Shown here one piece after another: positions 62,601 to 64,000 of a stretch of DNA of 64,000 nt. Position 1 is the stretch's first letter; the number at the start of each line of letters is the position of its first letter. The notes below the pieces were generated by a model. It was not told the origin of the DNA. It made no database searches and worked only from the letters and a program-made list of their open reading frames with translations. The stretch lies in the NCBI GenBank assembly GCA_044226015.1, contig JBGAHS010000008.1:320001-384000 (forward strand). Reading direction: 5' to 3'. The DNA is from Candidatus Obscuribacteraceae bacterium. Lineage in GTDB: Bacteria; Cyanobacteriota; Vampirovibrionia; Obscuribacterales; Obscuribacteraceae. The translations under genes and the position numbers were made by a program.

Positions 62601-64000
62601 TAGAGAAGAGTTTCTTTCGCAGTCAGGCATGAGAAAAGTATTTGATCAAGTTGCAGTCGAGATAGAGAAAGCAATTCGAATAGGGCAAGCCGATGGATGG
62701 GCAGGCTTCACACACAAAAAGATGGTGCAACGAATTACTGCAGTTGCTACAACCGAAGAGGGAAGAGCTCTTGCTTACGAGTTTCGCAAAAGCACAGGCA
62801 TAGAGGTAGTCCTCAAGACACCTCAACAATTGGAGCCCGGCGAAAAAGCGGTGTTGTTTGAAAACAACCTGAAGATGAAACAGGAAGACCGAACAATCCT
62901 TGCAAGAAACAAGCAAGTTCTGCAACCCTCGAAGATACAGGAGTTTGGTCAAGGACTTAACATGTTTGACATGGCTGTTTCAAAATCGAACCCAAGCCAC
63001 CTGCAGGAACGTATAAGAACCATACTTGCTTTGCCTGATTTAGCATTCTCGACATCTGGCAAGATTAGCGATGCTGAGTTCGCTGCAATTAATAGACCGG
63101 TAGAAGATGCAAGAGAAATAGGCATGACCAGAGCTCTGGCTCATTTCAGCAAACAGAGTGATGCAGCAAGAGAACTTTCCTACGCTGTAAATGAAATGAA
63201 CATCGTCAGCAATACGGACTTTGCCCAAGCAATGCGTAGCGTACACAAGCAATTATTCGGGCAAGCACACAATCCGGGAAGCGAGCTAGCGCAAGGCATA
63301 ATTTTCGTGGACCTATCACGCAACAAGGCAGGGTCTTCTGGGACTGCAGACAGCTCTCACCTGGCTATGCACATGTACAGACTGGCAAATGGTCTCAGCG
63401 ACTCCAAATATGACAGTCACTTCGTTTCGAAAGAGCAAGCGAAGGCCATTATAGCTAGAGCAGGAAGCACACAGTCATTGAAAGTGATTGCCATAAATGA
63501 TTGCATCGGCTCTGGAGGCGAAACCTCAACAATAGTTGGCGACCTCGCAAGTATGAGAGCTCAGAATAGTAAGGTCGAAATCAAAATCGGACTCGCCATA
63601 GCCTCGAAAGAAGGCACAAGTAAAGTCACCATCGGTAAGCCAGCTGAAGGCGAAAAAGGCCGCACAATCACAGAAAATGACAAGATACAAATCGTCTCTG
63701 GAATTCCTCCACTGAGTGATTTCCTTACAAACGTACAAAGAGCACTACCTGCTGGCGGAAACAAATTCGTAGCAAGCCTGCAAGATATGGCATACAAAAA
63801 AGGCGCAGTAGAGCCAACCGGATTTAGCTTTGAGTACATGTTCCCGAATACCACTTCCCGCCGTATGGCAGAAGTATTAGATGCTGTCGGTATAAGAGGA
63901 GCAGCAAGTGCGACAAGGATTCAGACCTTCCCCGATACAGTAGGTCCGCCATTTTCTCAAAAGGAAAGCATAAAGGGACTGAGTAATTTTGCCAAAGTTG
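44671..64000 (+). CDS. Giant multidomain protein (>6,400 aa, 3' partial), polymorphic-toxin-like; not in the ORF track
   Basis: Last in-frame stop is TAA 44605-44607 and the first start is GTG 44671. Every stretch I translated in this frame is open and protein-like up to base 64000. The track lists no ORF in this frame after 44671, as expected if no stop closes it. Confidence 0.92.
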   Translation, partial: MKDDETKDENKKTDKSEDFDDSPENTRLEDKADIDVTKTQVKDATKSRAATAVPDIDLLGADQTGGLRELLRRQEAAIGKPSEKQKASDAGKPSQEKREDFEKLKEFQQAFLSPLASANERRAALDAMESLLQKKDGTEAAELKKGIETNRRLDQLIGLSSDAASFKTENLIAALQTPTRTDAAILGLAAIANGGNGDKSQALSATAALQQFVGKDETFNTARAKQVIDALLASRTAPYSDKFLGLVLASDLAAKSQHFPDALHQSIQEALSSDTAVGREAGFNAIKRLGGKASDADFKALQENMTPELAKNIMALPPDLLARNDYALISEAVTRLPKAELSKFFTDAATQQTTKLTELAKSELADAGEVKTSKGLQQAAVKGLAEIARGRVQDEDEATRAYNALKKLAESPEAKHAVIEAIAKTQPARNSDYWTIPLLGKTIASLKDGYESVGEGLPENEKLALKKAVRDAIETSLKSHAAADNRWAGRSLSWLAKTMDEELLNVFKDNLSFESINELSPHVKAMKPELQALLRQDLVSRASTDSGADRKSRETAITALVSFFGKDALDGTGLEVSTEKQKENKSEIAELIKVADTSTGTNYVFALPLVKGGSTHPLPLSIDRGEPSDPALPKLTEFKWEQGREKPQGNAYTGAEKSFLTDTLKEVSEKFSKDQRGNETTLVREANKYKVNEEASLKASTQNGAAITDATRASFNESKDTLTKSSDFVERQSNEKLIREDVDRAYQQLLGRKPDYPGANWALDLFNSGKSYRDALRGIASAAEFKNAIPQDKDKVMPFLYSKLLLRSFGSGDNKAMYEQLIAKEGIDGAINFILSSAEFNEMAASRGKNKAPELKDALPPETNEKCNAAARTIEDLQNQLRANPENKLLQDALIALGGLDKAGAPEQTGGPAKAGSSKANEERQKLIAASLEAINRVPDGLLSQLKAQDPAMRFRAMEKIDLALNSSNDSVLQQALSESRARMSTFALTEKSTPENYARAKENIQRDFEKALAAGDNVLANELKDRYNWTNAAGIISELNGIKTSDQQKAAIQTAAGVEALMDQASKGNPYAQAAVAMILNTGDAAAQKRSHDLLAQEKSLTLAVPDISKLPEQAQLLVRNQALASLVQKTAMTNGTISKAEASALTDALLNAEKRKDNQAAKLLSSALDLALSSKKMSIPRPGQEPLIVDGKKAASEAINDAINRGADSETLVNKYLSLLASDKQAALLSKEDFNALVRNASEGKPAAMKVLATIATTDGELAKDAQAKMIELAAGEKTREIALLATLDAKDPLTLHRNGAAELFKQLLGKAELPPRVEQAILSKLNSTDDSEKAAGRNAMLASADRWMKGDSGENALLKAAASNMNAELIELLKDKKDLMQNPAFLNKLGLSIDTANGVTTLKHAASNTEYKIKDFNGKLRLFEQNTYGADQKLSHARNNLFDEKTGEFKGAEEIDSTGNKAIFNKDKLLTEVRRSSPEGEFVKISRTNDGKATAVFDNYGRGWDSKDGGRTWARRGSNEKAYGAPEFQAGGVIKFSGAGPEGKVETLDKPSGIVWKYDEARKESTVSYPDKSYETKNESGKTVKSRDANGNEREFFWSEDSKKLLGVKDETGLWQASPDGTHWQNLNAPDQPTQIGTRTVDTAGYHIRNSGASEKIFRRDGSVLEIKSEKEQSIHDRHANKIDLKFEGKELREVNENGNVWRRKEGAPEDKSLYLIVDGKPTETKAKFELSDDRSKLKRIIETATEAKDGAVKGFFKETEYRSDGTMLARDEQGRVRRSRNRDGELSNIEYLDKTNVVARIGTSFPDGHEEITALRNPSKPEEEYIKTFWQRKSPGSDELVREDVTKENWNISALSVDHATGSIKASEVTVISSNESGERRRRSHALVVSSLDNGSIAFQRHDAGLLISDRYNGNQTRSSYKWAAEGSLSSTSTIRGRDASCTYDAAGNLTRVEGLSNNQSFEIKRGENGSIEIAESNGTRWQSADGKTFTNPATQQTFSGEFFASTDGKYGFKIPGSSESTIIRDVARRETIFSPPERFQIQRLVKDVTSVALTDNNAIIQRDANGRTLALVNPDGKIVRATRDASGNVQELSITDPRSNQAMTWKKDGARLLLTRGAETEDLGNSKLELSDRGEIVQISDKNKIEYVRKTDGTEIRRLQGSSEFDGKQNFRYVVDRPDGSIAEYHYRVHAEGAAENLEVVKTGTRNIDSSLNAETVMRKMPNSNPQEPTWYYSDSAEIRSGAMKMGQTWKGSQNFDPTNGEFSTIGAKPGEKAARIRETADGWRQEAESPVLSKRGMGGEIVYKSSTGEVNKIADRNGRNIDIKHTDGQISELSITEKGGKEASEKFSSADGKTWSRKFRDAASGEWKEEKFSGHASVDSEGVIRIRKAGADFITLRPEGQRITHDKAAGITLVEKTNGERERVGFGPNNKVNRIYNSDNSYTATDDGVNWRSYDATGKLKTDSAKQQIVEFDEKTGTITTQAKDGSRVEMKGGDGSLRIYSAVGPKEQSLVLTYDKNARADVTEVRYEQGKKIETVVSYANKTVQKFNGDDLLSYMKDIRGKETSISWEGTPPRSTIKSFTDESGLNFERHSAGFYLAKNRHGFVVDRYDGTVFVNSEGKLERIFGTSSNIVGQDRGVTAANVREIRGLDGNVLNLVGNKGVTVRNSEGLLQRSIDGTGFVRQFEFGDKDRWGQPSLDKVIIGEGNGEYSISRQYWYWEDAAKSKMAPKWLRSDGKALYDHDSKAHQNWRVDHTTGDMFCYRNDFVTEHFNLESGKWTTGDESSVRAKADEIKTIADRYSIQYFFDPNGRYRELNDQLKDLSADQIQAVKDYLMSKALNINEYVNHKYSRGSVENTVLNGHLRRIGHTRDAHNVELAELALKQALAEKTQRGYRTNLEVEKDLRDKISPLNQRQIAMLNDGYAKEHDGKTVLEDMKVDPSWKRSSALHKEAMESYLTKGKGNRTVEEELKLAKMAAEYLPASFPKELQDKNLDSVREALIEQQNSRRGRKSIAAVDAYVDMLRQDRLALVQEFLGEGRVDDNVRQAFAENKELGKAYLENNLLLSSQRKADGNYEFKNGIFVSRNDAGRVMALAMDAVNLGKVSEATQMELGNWATGNSKADIDRIFHGMSDSDRKRIQLGMDIRMALDAPGKNEKHSDSQIAAGKVISEKLQSGALLPHNLTPRDKQELAHFRRAEAKKLLEDPEKGFQARAALASYDQLYKTAGRQSMWGDERNERFRKEYLQAAAGADFSHEMGEKNISMMWWNSSKDEHMKSVENMDERSFSLLTSNTNLRELMFSHMRKNFDYDRGIDARKLLEAKFQFVEDLMEGKEKLRLGTAFGEEQRARLKELLPGTRSMSDSAFQDLMSQRALSKDIEAGRKLREQIERGKQYESMMSFAEQLTKDIAEGKRIEKQLNSRDTDILALYRRSKKTEPELTAPEKQAEAFARADLQKYRDSISNQQGESKLSETEKKSIAAFDKFQSLLKIEEKVKDGLRIQKNIEEGRLLAGSLEKNASSFKDKLTDEQKAQIDLFERSTGKAPGLSAGEKENLALSRAWQQKQADPLLASFKRGNEITDTLAQKNPESRAEYRKALSPEDRAALSLYQDMNAAKELNKEIEAGRKLSHSILDGSLENATPNTEQTRQLQVYRAYMSGKLPEADKLALEKLQAIDKAGDAKPGDTALSKESADALEKNLAGMQQLHSLQQYNEDKSGLKLYLDGLDVARQLNGMLVAKQVEAMKALETDPARAHEKAALEYFRKTTFEIARDNIRRDISEVISDVDHTFSKDYKALFDAVVGMKPDERKRYAGDEDYRKQIDDAVSNLLKSYPDALAATKHLLLQIKDDPTKAPQKDLVFDLLAKAQDGKRSAAEAAFAIQEAFNVPAGKELKRKLDANSPDYDERYAKAFDAAWKRHLPLSAHRPDAPARDRGPITSFNDFKTRVLDDLNANGHLKISTIRDLRGGAVISPEELGKQILTLNERSRENFASTEKENLGSVFYGEQKEFIEKILATRGELGIEDKLKAIHVGILPKEDLIKTINEIKAMDERRQVANNYATKYNADLISQMKSVAASADQGRIEIALRFRDMTALEQLYKAQDHSNRVTRTGWDTQGWNSTKYQLDNRMGELTKLIGGDNANFRETEQSKIDESLDAVWEAQRGISETQKEMANVAREIMIAAAATVLTIASGGTMSWAAIALFTLAAAAGSAALTKLAMGDNVTTDDMKEAAKDGAKSAFIQSLGPGHLQKLTGFGATAAKTAANQLLKEAAFKGLSEAEKKIVQQEIEKTVVKMLRQGAQSASMKGIDQQINHAVMELLQKSPITGKIMEGLGQEGAQLLGKTFEKSAHEAIMKLGSRYVENEMQSTLQRVWNAAAREGYSATLSHGAATASSLVVETADMMWHGKITVGNILDGSAFSDKEISSQYAKSIFHANLAAGAGHWAGRASHHLVNPESIANRLALTQKLDPTTMRMMSSGFLSERSARLIGNVTHFTASGAFMVGGMSGSNLIAGGVENLLYGKVVSPTENMSSLIQYSIAPFITGVHGTYAAAGRANIGRASYNLNHEATVKPSAEPIRGSQAGETKIVKYQSPTLENARFEKPVVIEDGKGSISSGTVELRTTHDASNATSEPAAKLLADVPAGQTLKIVVSDPAALKNFEIASSSKGKVELYIAQDHPGLRDLLSEHVHRIAEGQVELKTLGLNGESKAIISQEMARSLIAQVESVDGLSPLWRPERHLNGSELAALSAQLGDNAGKLSDAAVAQKYLEQVGRTISDAREPLRQTAEEFKAIRDNFETTKASLEAELAKEGLRLPQEKDFDASSLHEWSRKDASGKRNEIVSKFLAERETHAEALKALNQKIDASLKTIEDAINKFNSREGIPPVSLKRYGDLHVADASYRDGVIKVKTEDLINNPGKLLINTYHESAHVAQDAEALKSIQHTLAAAQKFGVKPEEVTAEQKLKVSADELSKVSAERVAERYAELSKHSHDKSFEKQWMSFVAKSLELPALGKEQLSRADNLIKSFAEIGAYKGQSEHEIRQDYNAIKSAKQHINSESGVGAQELLLLMKKAAAGDATAMQLARRIFGSDAEHLVAGKKEAAVAPTDAARAEAQKERFDAIRDLYELALNLDPNNPSPITEAKAKALFEKLMENRVAQLNEQLMDAYNQYMRMHEADALAAENYLRRVAGDGLERLNKSAAIELPTDALGDVHSSAGQMPSIKNNNPTAATLNNLRPVENLLAPVDRLITEKATHSNREPLKKVMRDLLRHVPAEQLESYANKFAEAAKVEGFITRLAHIKEITDKFQQGKADIAAVPLDLLLDKNITLQTLAAFKNSLKPGGISEAAREAFVDPILRANKPQEVADRVSTAAKYDLAVAQKKLFAFQFGEIAALDPTCRKHIVDSLIERQLNSSTNMEGFRRAVDDAVETAKIYKSLFEIKALDPKVLSTPGRDGLDHLVKDLGQKLLEGEIDKTTFSKAVTERLNLISSFLQSTKNGANLLAEARSRNPQLTNAIFEPLMKSPLSEKALQNAIETVSKYEKLKNTEPTLASALLAIKPSVRAQLIDPFVGSTHHKNYVVELQRTISESNDGGIALATAFKNLFKQSPKVAEELHNDLRAERITGEQFSLLAQCPEETRTALQSLFKKHLAANLAGEENLFRLITAVHAIKDSTPTKQAKAIESFAREMAVQSESPSKQSWEKIAELAASDSPNRDMLVKSMILNKRDLIQWLNSLEYSKIGSIKGPELISRLLDCGSSPELKNLGAGQQSRFTNKLSNILAETGLPTEAGLREAQIEKYAALFRALPTQDIAQANYGLAKLLDKMNANDFARASDSTVADLMRLFENKAENMLEEDRGATIKKLIDSLQTTQEGKKHELIAATVAKLTTEADIREMQAETRAQFRQAAIEYLDKLESKSRADNEARTAQRIEVLIDKLFPAAIDRSTADRIFGGLTESQRKILLEHREEFLSQSGMRKVFDQVAVEIEKAIRIGQADGWAGFTHKKMVQRITAVATTEEGRALAYEFRKSTGIEVVLKTPQQLEPGEKAVLFENNLKMKQEDRTILARNKQVLQPSKIQEFGQGLNMFDMAVSKSNPSHLQERIRTILALPDLAFSTSGKISDAEFAAINRPVEDAREIGMTRALAHFSKQSDAARELSYAVNEMNIVSNTDFAQAMRSVHKQLFGQAHNPGSELAQGIIFVDLSRNKAGSSGTADSSHLAMHMYRLANGLSDSKYDSHFVSKEQAKAIIARAGSTQSLKVIAINDCIGSGGETSTIVGDLASMRAQNSKVEIKIGLAIASKEGTSKVTIGKPAEGEKGRTITENDKIQIVSGIPPLSDFLTNVQRALPAGGNKFVASLQDMAYKKGAVEPTGFSFEYMFPNTTSRRMAEVLDAVGIRGAASATRIQTFPDTVGPPFSQKESIKGLSNFAKV

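Noticed and set aside
44619..63854. Dozens of short minus-strand and frame +2 ORFs in the track
   Set aside because: They are shadows of the single frame +1 giant ORF, with Ser/Leu/Phe-rich antisense composition.
1..64000. CRISPR array, rRNA, IS transposase or reverse transcriptase
   Set aside because: No regularly spaced repeats or diagnostic motifs seen by eye; short degenerate arrays could have been missed.

Overview
The window has three parts. (1) Bases ~620-32226 look like a tyrosine-integrase element or defence island. It has a P4-type integrase with GGGCCAA arm-like repeats at both ends and a 3' tRNA-Arg(ACG) fragment at the right end. Cargo includes a RelE-GGCT fusion, a TIGR04255 three-gene module, two tandem TIR paralogues behind a PD-(D/E)XK nuclease, relics of a VirD4/J-domain conjugation module and of mrr, a serine recombinase, a 14.4-kb four-gene DISARM-like operon, and HEPN and EVE genes. 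(2) Bases ~32230-43050 are a mosaic of gene fragments and accessory genes: an AbiE pair with truncated toxin, orphan toxin-tip/immunity-like cassettes, a DUF900 hydrolase, a LOG protein, a DUF4434-like protein and an HNH fragment. (3) Two degenerate cyclase-family genes sit divergently from a giant ORF that the supplied ORF track misses. It starts at GTG 44671 on the + strand and stays open past base 64000 (>6,400 codons). It carries helical repeats, a phycobilisome-linker/DUF4214-like domain, a YD/RHS-like beta region, a hydrophobic hairpin, an HExxH zincin and a PRTase-like domain, which suggests a multi-effector polymorphic toxin. A second ORF absent from the track (Mrr-N plus EVE/PUA-like, 480 to <1) runs off the left edge. 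All family assignments come from motif recognition by eye; no searches were run. A Vampirovibrionia/Obscuribacterales-like host is only my impression from gene style.
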